This document shows positions 9,111-18,008 of a stretch of DNA of 45,390 nt, in pieces. Position numbers and translations under genes: made by a program. The first letter of the stretch is position 1. Each line of letters begins with the position of its first letter. Source of the stretch: Abditibacteriaceae bacterium (GTDB lineage: Bacteria; Armatimonadota; Abditibacteriia; Abditibacteriales; Abditibacteriaceae); the NCBI GenBank assembly GCA_031425655.1, contig JANPJS010000026.1, positions 1-45,390 of the forward strand, read 5' to 3'. Below the pieces are notes generated by a model, which was not told the origin of the DNA, searched no databases, and worked only from the letters and a program-made list of their open reading frames with translations.

Positions 9111-9266
9111 TCTCTCGCAAAGACGCACTCGTTTATGTCTCTCGCAAAGACGCAAAGGCGCAAAGAACGGCGCGAAGAAGATGAAGGCATTTTAAGTCGA
9201 ACCCCTCTTGAAACGCTAAACCTCTTTGCGGCTTGGCGTCGGGCGCCCTCTGGGCAGGACGAGAGA
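9111..9266. repeat. REP-like palindrome (TCTCTCGCAAAGACGC family) with duplicated left arm and interrupted right arm
   Basis: TCTCTCGCAAAGACGCA at 9111 and 9138. The right arm CTTTGCGGCTTGGCGTC...CGAGAGA (9224-9266) is interrupted by GGGCGCCCTCTGGGCAGGA. Same family as 18009-18110. Confidence 0.8.
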
Positions 9267-11144
9267 CTATTTTGGGCGTAGCCATTCGCGCAACGGGCGA
9301 AGGTCGGCGCGTTTGCACAAATCTTCGTTGAGAATTTGCGCGGCTTTGGCCCGCGACCATTGCGGCGTTTTGCGCCAGAGAATGACGTGCGGATGATCGT
9401 AATAAGTCAGCGATTCTTCAATGTTATCGTCGGGAAATTGCATTCCGAAAAGCTGCGGATAGGACGTGAAATCCTTTACTCTTTCAAAACCAAGTTCGCC
9501 GGCAAAGAGCGCGCGATAATATTCGGTGGCTAAAGGCCAGCGTTGCGGCACGCGCGGAATGATGCCCCAGACGTGATTCGACGAGCTAAAAATCCACTCG
9601 GCGCGATCTAAAGAATCCAGCAGTTTTTCGCGCTTTTCAAGCGTGTCGTGATTGAATAAATCGAGGTCTATTTGCTCTAAACCGCGCGCATCGCCGATGG
9701 GCAGAGCGTCGTCCCACGCGGTTTCAATCGCCACCGGCGTGCCCGGCGGCACGTTCGCCCAAATCCAGCGCGTGGCTTCCATGCGCGTGTGCGGGCGCGA
9801 GTAAATTCCCGTTGTCGCCGCGCACCACAACAAGGTCGAAAGCGGCACAAAGGCAATCACACCAAGCGCCCACGGCTTGCGAAAGCGGCGCACGAACGCG
9901 ATGAGAAACCACGCTGCCAAGAGCATTAAAAACGGCGTCATCACCAGATAATAGCGCGCAAATTTGGAATATTGCCCGCCGTAGTAGCCGAAAACCATCA
10001 GGCACCACAGCGCGGCGAGTGACGAATGACGAGTGACGAGTGACGAATGACGCCAGCGGCGCGCGGCTAAAGCCATTCCGCACGCGCCGGCCAGCAAAAT
10101 CGGCCAGCCAATCGCCCACAATGCCAAATTCCGCAGCGGCCAGATGTAGTTGGCGTGTCCGAACCATTGCCAGTTCCACGGCGGGTCAATATCGCCGCGC
10201 GAGATCCCCGTTTGCTCGGCGAACGAAGCCCAGAACGACACTTCTTTCCTGGTCGGATTCAATCGCACTTGCGCCGGTCGCACATCGAGCAAACCGCCGA
10301 GCGTGAGGGCATCGCCTTCGCCGCGAAAAGCGATTGGATTCAGCACGCGGAACGTGCAGAAAGCGACGAATAAAAGCAAGAACACGGCAAAGGCGCCGCC
10401 TGCGATTTTTCGCCACTTTCGCCAATCGCCGATGGAAAATAGCGCTGCCAAAACAACTATCGGGCCGAAAAGCAGCGCCGAAATTTTACAAGCCGCCGCT
10501 GCGCCGAAAAACAGGCCGGCGAGTAAAATAGCCCTCCCCCGACCCCTCCCGGAGGGAGGGGAGAACTCCTCCCCCGCTGGGGGAGGTTGGGTGGGGGACA
10601 AGAAGCACAGCGCCCAGAAAGTGGCCGTTACGAAAAATGCGGCGAATGTGTCTACTACGAAAAAATGCGCCTGCTGAATATGCAGCGGCACGAGAGCTAA
10701 AAGCGCCGCCGCAAAAAGTCCGAGGAGCGCGCCGCCCCAACGCTTTCCGATGAGAAAGACGACCAGTAATGTCAACGAATCGAAAAGCGCCGATAAACCG
10801 CGTCCGACCAGCAAAATATCGTTGTAATTATCGCGGTTCGGCGCGCCGTTTGTGCCCGGCAGTCGCGCGGCGACGGCTTTCGTCAATGTGAGCGGAAACT
10901 GGCCGTAAATGAAGAAATCCACTTCGCGGTTGAACGGGTTGAGCGGCGAAACATTGGTGTGAAAATAGTCGCGCGCCGAGGCCGGCCAGTCGAGTTTGGG
11001 CACCGTCATCGTCAGGAAACGCTCGTCGGGATGCAGGTGCGCGCCTTCGTCCCAGTTGAGATTGTAAAAGCGGCAGGCGATGCCGAAAACAATCAAAGCC
11101 AGCAATACGATATGAGCCGCGCGGCGCAGAGCAGGGGAGAACAT
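9267..11144 (-). CDS. GT-C fold glycosyltransferase (family 39/PMT_2-like)
   Basis: HLHPDERFL first-loop motif, YGQFPL, QQAHFFVVD, AACK, multi-TM, C-terminal soluble domain (WDDALP, YDHP). ATG at 11144 follows a TGCTATAAT box. Confidence 0.85.
   Translation of the reverse strand: MFSPALRRAAHIVLLALIVFGIACRFYNLNWDEGAHLHPDERFLTMTVPKLDWPASARDYFHTNVSPLNPFNREVDFFIYGQFPLTLTKAVAARLPGTNGAPNRDNYNDILLVGRGLSALFDSLTLLVVFLIGKRWGGALLGLFAAALLALVPLHIQQAHFFVVDTFAAFFVTATFWALCFLSPTQPPPAGEEFSPPSGRGRGRAILLAGLFFGAAAACKISALLFGPIVVLAALFSIGDWRKWRKIAGGAFAVFLLLFVAFCTFRVLNPIAFRGEGDALTLGGLLDVRPAQVRLNPTRKEVSFWASFAEQTGISRGDIDPPWNWQWFGHANYIWPLRNLALWAIGWPILLAGACGMALAARRWRHSSLVTRHSSLAALWCLMVFGYYGGQYSKFARYYLVMTPFLMLLAAWFLIAFVRRFRKPWALGVIAFVPLSTLLWCAATTGIYSRPHTRMEATRWIWANVPPGTPVAIETAWDDALPIGDARGLEQIDLDLFNHDTLEKREKLLDSLDRAEWIFSSSNHVWGIIPRVPQRWPLATEYYRALFAGELGFERVKDFTSYPQLFGMQFPDDNIEESLTYYDHPHVILWRKTPQWSRAKAAQILNEDLCKRADLRPLREWLRPK
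10017..10051. repeat. Intragenic 7-mer tandem repeat (GAGTGAC/GAATGAC x5), read as RHSSLVTRHSSL
   Basis: Five direct heptamers inside the glycosyltransferase CDS; the ORF remains open. Confidence 0.8.
10532..10598. repeat. Intragenic REP-like double hairpin, read as SPTQPPPAGEEFSPPSGRGRGR
   Basis: Hairpins CCCCTCCC-GGA-GGGAGGGG and CCTCCCCC-GCT-GGGGGAGG. Similar style to the intergenic elements at 32380-32530 and 40332-40526. Confidence 0.75.
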
Positions 11145-11151
11145 CAAGCGA

Positions 11152-11160
11152 ATTATAGCA
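11152..11160 (-). promoter_or_regulatory. Extended -10 promoter (TGCTATAAT), 7 nt upstream of ATG 11144 (leaderless-type)
   Basis: Perfect TGnTATAAT on the minus strand; no Shine-Dalgarno between the box and the ATG. Confidence 0.65.
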
Positions 11161-11244
11161 ATTTCGGCGCAGTCGCCGTGTAGTGTGAAAAGCGCTAAAA
11201 TGAGCGCGGTTGTTTAGCCTTAATTTCATGGGACGCTGACTTTT

Positions 11245-13308
11245 ATGCCTGTTTATTTATCATCGGCCACTCTTGGCAACGAAGAAACTTTAGTCACGCT
11301 GGGCGAATCGGGCGAGATCATGGCGTGGTTTTACCCGCAGAAAGACCACGCGCAAAATATCCACGAATGCCTGCCGTGCATTTACGATGGCGAGCCGGGA
11401 CAAGGCCGCCGATTGTGGAGTTATGACGGCGCGTTTACTCGCCATCAAGCGTATCACGGCGATTCCAACGCGGTCGTCACCACGCTGCGCTCGCAGGAAC
11501 TGGGACTAAAAATCGAATTTACCGACGTGGTGCCCGACGGCATTCCCGCTCTGCTGCGCCGCATCACGGTGCGCAACCTCGGCAAAAAACCGCGCTCGCT
11601 GGGCGTTTTTCTTTTCGCCGATTGGAATATGGGCGGCATTCGCACCGGGAATTCGCTGTTTTTCGATCATCAAAAGCGCCTGCTCATTCAAGGTCATCAC
11701 GACGTGACATCGGTCATTGGCGGTGATGCGCTGGAAACGTGGCATTGCGGCAAAGCCGGCAAAGAATGGGGCCACAACTCACTTTATGCGCTCGATAGCG
11801 GCACGCTCGGCTGCGCCAACATGGAACTGGGCGACGTGAACTGGGCGCTGGGTTTTCGCGCGCAGATGCAACCCGGTCAGACAATCACGCGCACCATTGT
11901 GATGACGATGGGCAAGACGCAAAAAGACGCTGTGGCAACGTGGGAAACTGCGAACGCGCGCACTTTCGACCAGCATCTCAAAGCGCGCGTCAAGGCCGAC
12001 GAAGTCTGGCTGAAGCCCGGTTTGAAAACGCTGCGAAATCAGGCCGCGCTGCCAACTGAGCTTTTCGCCGCTTACAAACGCTGTCTGCTGGCTTTGCCGC
12101 TGCTGTGCGGGCCGGAGGGCGTGGCTTTGGCCGCGCCGGAATTTGATTTCGAGTTCATCGCGTGCGGCGGTTACGGCTACTTTTGGCCGCGCGACGGCGG
12201 CGAATACGTCAGCGGCCTGATTGACGCCGGCTATCCCGAACTCGCGGCCAAAATGTTCGATTGGTGTGCCCGCCATCAAGACGAAAGCGGTTTGTGGCAT
12301 CAGCGTTATTTTTTGAACGGCGAACCCGGCCCAAACTGGTGTTTGCCGCCCGATACCTTGCAAATTGACCAGGTCGGCGCAGTGTTGTGGGCTTACGGCA
12401 AATGGATGGAGTCGTGCAACGCCGCGCCGCTGCACACGGCGTTAGACGTTGTAATGCAGGCGGAATCGGAAGCGTTGAAAGCGTCGGCGGGAGTTAGCAA
12501 AAAGCGCGCGTCCAAAGTCGAAAAGATGGCGCTCGAAAAACTGCGCGAAAATCCCGATGAAAATGTCCATCACGAAATGGTGCGGAAAGCAGCGGATTAT
12601 CTGCTTTCGCGCCTGACCGACAAGGGCGTTCACGGCAACGCTTTCGACACCTGGGAAACTTTCATCGGCAGCTTTACTTATTCCAACGCTTCGATTTACG
12701 CGGCGCTTAAAGTCGCCGGCGAAGTGCTGGGCGACGAAAAATACAGCGACGGCGCGCGTCGCGTCAAAGCCGGCGTGCTGAAACATTTCGTGCGCGGCGA
12801 CGAAAAATATCGCTATTTAGTGCGCGGTTTCAATAGTGAAGGTGGCCCGGACGACATCGTGGATTCGGCCTCATTGGGCGCCATCGAGCCGTTCGGATTG
12901 CTTGATTTGAACGATGCGGACGATCTCAAACTCGCCGAAGGCACGCTGCGCGAGATTTCCAACCGCCTCGAATGCGATTGGGAAGGCGGACGCGCCATTC
13001 GCCGCTTCGAGTGGGACGCCTACGTCGGCGGCGTTCCGGCCTGCGTTAACACGCTGTGGATGGCGCGGTGCAGTCTGAAGCTGGCGGCGCGCCTGCGCGA
13101 ATTGGGCCGCGCCGACGAAGCCGATTCACTGACGCGCAAAGCGCAAACTTATTTAGTCACGGTTTTACGCCGCGCCACACCGACCGGACTTTTGCCCGAA
13201 TTGATGCAAGGCCCAACCGGACAGCGTTACTGGGCCGCGCCGCACGGCTGGGCGATGTCGAGCTTCGTGGCGGGCGTTTTGGCGCTGGCGGAGCAGAAGG
13301 GCCAATAA
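11245..13308 (+). CDS. Glycoside hydrolase family 15 (glucoamylase-like)
   Basis: YGYFWPRDG, WHQRY, QIDQVG, DTWE, RRFEWDAYVGG, TLWMA, LLPEL, PHGWA: (alpha/alpha)6 GH15 pattern with an N-terminal beta domain. Confidence 0.88.
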   Translation: MPVYLSSATLGNEETLVTLGESGEIMAWFYPQKDHAQNIHECLPCIYDGEPGQGRRLWSYDGAFTRHQAYHGDSNAVVTTLRSQELGLKIEFTDVVPDGIPALLRRITVRNLGKKPRSLGVFLFADWNMGGIRTGNSLFFDHQKRLLIQGHHDVTSVIGGDALETWHCGKAGKEWGHNSLYALDSGTLGCANMELGDVNWALGFRAQMQPGQTITRTIVMTMGKTQKDAVATWETANARTFDQHLKARVKADEVWLKPGLKTLRNQAALPTELFAAYKRCLLALPLLCGPEGVALAAPEFDFEFIACGGYGYFWPRDGGEYVSGLIDAGYPELAAKMFDWCARHQDESGLWHQRYFLNGEPGPNWCLPPDTLQIDQVGAVLWAYGKWMESCNAAPLHTALDVVMQAESEALKASAGVSKKRASKVEKMALEKLRENPDENVHHEMVRKAADYLLSRLTDKGVHGNAFDTWETFIGSFTYSNASIYAALKVAGEVLGDEKYSDGARRVKAGVLKHFVRGDEKYRYLVRGFNSEGGPDDIVDSASLGAIEPFGLLDLNDADDLKLAEGTLREISNRLECDWEGGRAIRRFEWDAYVGGVPACVNTLWMARCSLKLAARLRELGRADEADSLTRKAQTYLVTVLRRATPTGLLPELMQGPTGQRYWAAPHGWAMSSFVAGVLALAEQKGQ

Positions 13309-13433
13309 ATGTCGAATGTCGAACAAGGAATTTTGAATGCCGAATGGGGCGGGTGCTGCACGGAAGGGCCGATGAATATCGAATAACGAACAAGGAATTT
13401 TGAATGTCGAATGGGGTGGGTGCTGGACGGAAG
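13308..13433 (+). repeat. Two 59-bp direct repeats built from heptamers (AATGTCG/AACAAGG/AATTTTG); the second copy contains the RBS and ATG of the four-helix-bundle gene
   Basis: 13308-13366 vs 13375-13433, 53/59 identical, period 67. Confidence 0.88.
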
Positions 13434-13802
13434 TTTGATCTCGAAGAGCGGCTGATTGGCTTTTCGTGCCAAATCATAGACATTGTGGAGGCGCTACCGC
13501 CGACGCGCGTTGGCAATCACATCGCCGGGCAACTCATTCGCTCCGGCACATCGCCAGCGCCCAATTACGGCGAGGCCCAGAGCGCCGAATCGCGCGCTGA
13601 TTTCATTCACAAAATGAAAATTGCTCTCAAAGAATTGCGTGAGACGCGCGTTTGGCTGCTGATCATTCAGCGCAAGGATTTGGCGCCACGCGTGACCAGC
13701 AACGTGGAATGGGCCGTCAAAGAATGCCACGAATTGATTTCCATATTCGTAGCCAGCATTAGCACGGCGCAAAGCAAATTAAAGGCGGCACCGGGCCGTT
13801 AA
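13404..13802 (+). CDS. Four helix bundle protein (TIGR02436 / 23S rRNA IVS protein-like family)
   Basis: DLEERLI.F...QLIRSGTSPAPNYGEAQSAESRADFIHKMKIALKELRETRVWL is characteristic of the family. Confidence 0.92.
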   Translation: MSNGVGAGRKFDLEERLIGFSCQIIDIVEALPPTRVGNHIAGQLIRSGTSPAPNYGEAQSAESRADFIHKMKIALKELRETRVWLLIIQRKDLAPRVTSNVEWAVKECHELISIFVASISTAQSKLKAAPGR

Positions 13803-13811
13803 AGTCATGTG

Positions 13812-13898
13812 AACCGCAGAATATCGAACAAGGAATGTTGAATGTCGAAGGCGCTAACCGTTCGACATTCGATATTCCTTGTTCGACATTCTGCGGTT
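13812..13898. repeat. Heptamer-built palindrome downstream of the four-helix-bundle gene
   Basis: AACCGCAG-AATATCG-AACAAGG-AATGTTG-AATGTCG-AA, loop, then TT-CGACATT-CGATATT-CCTTGTT-CGACATT-CTGCGGTT. Same units as the upstream repeats. Confidence 0.9.
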
Positions 13899-13947
13899 TT
13901 GACCGATAAACCCGGCGCGCATCGTAACATTTCATTAAAATTAAATC

Positions 13948-16575
13948 GTGCTTTCCGTTTCCACCGAACTCCTGCCCGCGCTCCACGAAGTCTTCGGGTT
14001 CAGCGAGTTTCGCGCGCTGCAAGAAGACGCGGTGCAAGCCGCCGTTGATGGGCGCGATGTCTTAGTTGTCATGCCGACCGGGGCCGGCAAATCGCTGTGC
14101 TATCAATTGCCCGCCGCGCTGACGCCGGGCGTGACTTTAGTCGTTTCGCCGCTGGTTGCGCTGATGCGCGATCAGGTTACGGCGCTTCAAGCGCGCACCT
14201 CGTTCGGGCAAAACGGCGTGGCTTATCTCAACTCGCTGCAAACTTCGTCGGAACAATTTGAAATTTTAGACGCGCTGGGCGAAGGGCGTTTGCGCCTGAT
14301 CTATGTCGCGCCCGAACGCTTTCGCTCGCAGGCGTTTTTAGAAGCACTGCGCGGAATGCGGTTGGCGCGTTTTGTCGTGGATGAAGCGCACTGCATTTCG
14401 GAATGGGGCCACGATTTCCGCCCCGATTACCTGCGACTTCGTGAGGTTCTGCCGACTCTTGGCACGCCGCCTTTGATGGCCGTCACGGCTACGGCGACAC
14501 GGCGCGTGCAGGATTCCATCGTGCGCAATCTGGGGATGCGCGAACCGGAAATCCTCGTCGGCGGCTTCAACCGGCCCAATTTGCACTTCGCCGTCAAACG
14601 CTGCCGCACCGACATCGAACGCGAAGAACTGCTGGAACGCGCGCTGCCCAAATTGGCCTCAATGGGCGGCAGCGGCTTAATCTACGCGCCGACACGCAAA
14701 ATGTGCGAACGCTTCGGCCAAATCGCCGAGCGTGTTTTGGCGCAGCAAGGCAAGCGCGCCGGGGTTTATCACGCCGGTTTGGAAGGCTCGTATCGCAACT
14801 TGATGCAGCAATCGTGGATCGAAGGCGAAACGCACACGCTGGTTGCGACCAACGCTTTCGGCATGGGCATTGACAAGCCGGATGTGCGTTTCGTGGTTCA
14901 CGCCGGCTATCCCGATAGCCCCGAAAGTTACTATCAGGAAGCAGGCCGCGCTGGGCGCGACGGGCGCAAAAGCCGATGCGTAGTCTTAACTTCGCCCGGC
15001 GACCGGCGATTGCGCGAATACCTGATTGACAACGATGCGCTGACTGCTGTGGACGTGAAAAACGCCTTTCAGGGCTTGGTCGCGCAGGCTCTCGAAGGCA
15101 TGGCGCAGGTGCCGCGATTGTGGTGGAAACAGCAATTCGATTGGAACGACACGAAGGTGCGTTTAACGCTGGCCGAACTCGAACGGCGCGGCTTAATCGA
15201 GCGGCTTGGCGAACGCGCCGACACTCAATCGCTGCGCGTTTTGCGGCGCGATTTCCCCGCAGAGATTTTCAAGCTCATCACGCAGGACATCGAGCGTCAG
15301 CGCGAAGAACGCTATCGCCGCTTGGACGAAATGTTAGCTTATTGCCGCACCACGACTTGCCGCCGTCAGATGATGCTCGATTATTTCGGCGACCTGGAAT
15401 CCACGCCGGATGAAGGGTTTTGCTGCGATAATTGCGAAAATCCGCCCGCCGCGCCGGTTGAGCAAAGTCAGGCGCCGCGCGGGCGTGTGAATTTTCCGTC
15501 GCCCTTCGACCGGCAGAGTATTCACCACATTTTGCAAGCGCTGGACGCGCTGTGGCCAACGGTCGGCAAGGCCAAGCTGAACCAGATTTTGCGCGGCGCC
15601 AATTCCAAAACGCTCGAAAAATTCCGCTCCGGTTCATGCCCGCTTTTCGGCGCCTTGCGCGGCTCGTCGCGTGAATCTGTGGAAACGTTTCTGGTGCGTC
15701 TTATCGAACACGGTTTGCTGCATCAAGGCGACGAAGACGAGTATTTCGTGTGCCGCGTCACGGCGGCGGGGCGCGAAGCGTGGCAAATGCAGGCGCCTCT
15801 CGACATCGCGCTGCCCGGCGCGCCGCGCGTTGCTTCAAGCACAAATCGCAACGGCACAACGCCAAGCCGCGATGCTGTTTTGAGCGACGGCGAATCCGAT
15901 AAAGTCTTCGAGAAGCTGCGTAACTGGCGCTGGGCGCAGGCGCATTCCGAGAACGTGCCGCCGTATTGCGTGCTGACCGACCGCACGCTGCATGACATCG
16001 CGCGGTTGCTTCCCCAGGATACCGTCGAACTGCGCGCGGTCGTCGGCATCGGCGATGCGAAATTACAAAAATACGGCGCGGCGGTTTTGGGCGTGTTGAA
16101 AGGTGGGGCTGTGCGCCCTGCGATTGAAATCGCGGCTCCGGGCGTCGCAGACTCCTCCGGCCATCGGCCTTCGCCGCCGGAGCCTCTAAGTGCGGCGTCG
16201 GCGAAGTCCAACGATCGGCGCGTAGCGCCCGGAGCCGCGATTTCAATCGCCGCGCCGCAAAGCGCACTTGCCAGCGCCGAAGACACTTATCTGCTATTAC
16301 AAGAAGGGCAAAGCGTCGAAGAAATCGCCGCCGCGCACGGATTGAAAGTCAGCGTGGTCTGGGGCCATCTTGCGACGCTGATTCAAGACGAGTTTCTCGA
16401 AGAAGCCGCGCTGGAAGCGTTGATTCCCTCCGAAGTGCGTTCTCGTGTTGAAAAAGCGATGGACGGCGCAACCGAAAATGGCGGCTTGCGTCCGGTTTGG
16501 GAATCGCTCGGCGGGCAGATTGATTACGGTTTGATTCGCTGCGTGGCCGCGTGCCGCAATCTCGCGCGAGGCTAA
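13948..16575 (+). CDS. recQ: RecQ family ATP-dependent DNA helicase (Zn-binding, RQC, HRDC, C-terminal HTH)
   Basis: MPTGAGKSLCYQ, VDEAHCISEWGHDFRPDY, TATAT, ATNAFGMGIDK, YYQEAGRAGRDG, CRR...CCDNC, HRDC (VPPYCVLTDRTL...GIGDAKLQKYG). Confidence 0.95.
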   Translation: MLSVSTELLPALHEVFGFSEFRALQEDAVQAAVDGRDVLVVMPTGAGKSLCYQLPAALTPGVTLVVSPLVALMRDQVTALQARTSFGQNGVAYLNSLQTSSEQFEILDALGEGRLRLIYVAPERFRSQAFLEALRGMRLARFVVDEAHCISEWGHDFRPDYLRLREVLPTLGTPPLMAVTATATRRVQDSIVRNLGMREPEILVGGFNRPNLHFAVKRCRTDIEREELLERALPKLASMGGSGLIYAPTRKMCERFGQIAERVLAQQGKRAGVYHAGLEGSYRNLMQQSWIEGETHTLVATNAFGMGIDKPDVRFVVHAGYPDSPESYYQEAGRAGRDGRKSRCVVLTSPGDRRLREYLIDNDALTAVDVKNAFQGLVAQALEGMAQVPRLWWKQQFDWNDTKVRLTLAELERRGLIERLGERADTQSLRVLRRDFPAEIFKLITQDIERQREERYRRLDEMLAYCRTTTCRRQMMLDYFGDLESTPDEGFCCDNCENPPAAPVEQSQAPRGRVNFPSPFDRQSIHHILQALDALWPTVGKAKLNQILRGANSKTLEKFRSGSCPLFGALRGSSRESVETFLVRLIEHGLLHQGDEDEYFVCRVTAAGREAWQMQAPLDIALPGAPRVASSTNRNGTTPSRDAVLSDGESDKVFEKLRNWRWAQAHSENVPPYCVLTDRTLHDIARLLPQDTVELRAVVGIGDAKLQKYGAAVLGVLKGGAVRPAIEIAAPGVADSSGHRPSPPEPLSAASAKSNDRRVAPGAAISIAAPQSALASAEDTYLLLQEGQSVEEIAAAHGLKVSVVWGHLATLIQDEFLEEAALEALIPSEVRSRVEKAMDGATENGGLRPVWESLGGQIDYGLIRCVAACRNLARG

Positions 16576-16586
16576 AAAAGAAATTC

Positions 16587-16720
16587 ACCGCAGAGAACGC
16601 TGAGGACGCAGAAAAGACATTGAGGTAGTAGGATTGAGATGAGGTCAGCGACGCGATTTATCTTCAGTATTGAATTCGTCTATCTCTCAAAATCTCTGCG
16701 CCCTCCGCGTTCTCTGCGGT
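16587..16720. repeat. REP-like palindrome (ACCGCAGAGAACGC family)
   Basis: ACCGCAGAGAACGCTGAGGACGCAGAAA vs reverse complement of 16693-16720 ACCGCAGAGAACGCGGAGGGCGCAGAGA (25/28). Another left arm lies at 45341-45373. Confidence 0.85.
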
Positions 16721-16739
16721 TGATAAAGAAAGGAACATC

Positions 16740-18005
16740 ATGTCCGATAATGGAAACGCCGCGTTGAACGGTGCGGCGACGGAAAATGCAATTCGTAACG
16801 TGATTATCATCGGCAGCGGGCCGTCGGGCTACACCGCCGCGCTGTATACGGCCCGCGCCAACTTGTCGCCGCTGCTCATCGCGGGCAGCACCGATCAGGT
16901 CACATCGCGCATCAAGGGCGGGCAGCTCATGTATACCAGCGACATCGAAAACTTCCCCGGCGCCATCGAAGACCCCAACGCCGGCGTGGACGATTTGAAA
17001 GGCCTGAGCGGCCCCGATTTGATGATGCGCATGGAAATGCAGGCGCTGCACTTTGGCGCCGAGATGCTTCAGGAATTCGTGACCGAAGTGGATTTATGCT
17101 CCGATCCCGGCGGGCTTTACACGGTGAAAACCGAAGAAGGCAAAGAATTCAAAACGCGCGCCCTGATTATCTCGACCGGCGCCTCGTCGCGGCGCCTGGG
17201 CATTGCCGCCGAAGAGCAATTTTTCGGCACCAGTGTTTCGACCTGCGCGACTTGCGACGGCGCGCAGTTTTCGCGTATGAAAGCCGTCGTTGCGGTCGTC
17301 GGCGGCGGCGACAGCGCGATGGAAGAAGCCAGTTATTTAGCGCGCTTGTCGGGCATTCCGAAGGTGTATATTGTCCATCGCCGCGATGAATTTCGCGCCT
17401 CGAAAATTATGCTCAAACGGGCGCAGGACAATCCGAAAATCGAATTTCTATTGCATAAAGCGGTTTCGGATATTGTAGGCAAGCCGCATCCTTTGGCCGC
17501 GACCAACAAGTTTTTCGCCGACAAAGAAGTGATGGCCGCCGCCGTTCTCACCGACACCCAAACCGGCGAAACCAGCGAATTGCCGCTCGACGGTCTGTTT
17601 GTGGCTATCGGCCACGTTCCGAACACCGATTTGTTCAAAGGCCAGCTTAAAATGGACGAAACCGGCTATCTGGAACACGACCGGCGGATGCGCGCCATCC
17701 CGTCGCCCACTTGCGTGTCGCCCAAAATGCAAAGTCTGGAAAAAGTGCCGGGCGTTTTCGTGGCCGGCGATGTGGCCGATCATGTTTATCGCCAGGCGAT
17801 CACGGCGGCGGGCATGGGCTGCATGGCGGCGATTGAAGCCGAGCGTTATTTAGCCGAAAAAATGGCCGAAGCCGAAGGCCTGGAGCCGGGCGCCGTCAGC
17901 CTGACACCCGAAGCCATCGCGCAAAGCCATTGGAGCAGCGAACGCGACAACGGCGAGGCGCCGGTCATTGAACGCGTCGCCGAAGCCGCGCACGAAACGA
18001 AATAA
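16740..18005 (+). CDS. trxB: Thioredoxin-disulfide reductase
   Basis: IIGSGPSGYTAA, GGQL, ENFPG, redox CATCDG, VGGGDSAMEEA, HRRDEFRAS, AGDVADHVYRQAITAAG. SD AAGGAA upstream. Confidence 0.95.
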   Translation: MSDNGNAALNGAATENAIRNVIIIGSGPSGYTAALYTARANLSPLLIAGSTDQVTSRIKGGQLMYTSDIENFPGAIEDPNAGVDDLKGLSGPDLMMRMEMQALHFGAEMLQEFVTEVDLCSDPGGLYTVKTEEGKEFKTRALIISTGASSRRLGIAAEEQFFGTSVSTCATCDGAQFSRMKAVVAVVGGGDSAMEEASYLARLSGIPKVYIVHRRDEFRASKIMLKRAQDNPKIEFLLHKAVSDIVGKPHPLAATNKFFADKEVMAAAVLTDTQTGETSELPLDGLFVAIGHVPNTDLFKGQLKMDETGYLEHDRRMRAIPSPTCVSPKMQSLEKVPGVFVAGDVADHVYRQAITAAGMGCMAAIEAERYLAEKMAEAEGLEPGAVSLTPEAIAQSHWSSERDNGEAPVIERVAEAAHETK

Positions 18006-18008
18006 TGG

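Noticed and set aside
13308..13433. Direct repeats as a mini CRISPR array, or a DGR TR/VR pair next to an Avd-like gene
   Set aside because: There are only two copies with an 8-bp gap, no cas or reverse transcriptase gene is present, and the mismatches are not adenine-specific.
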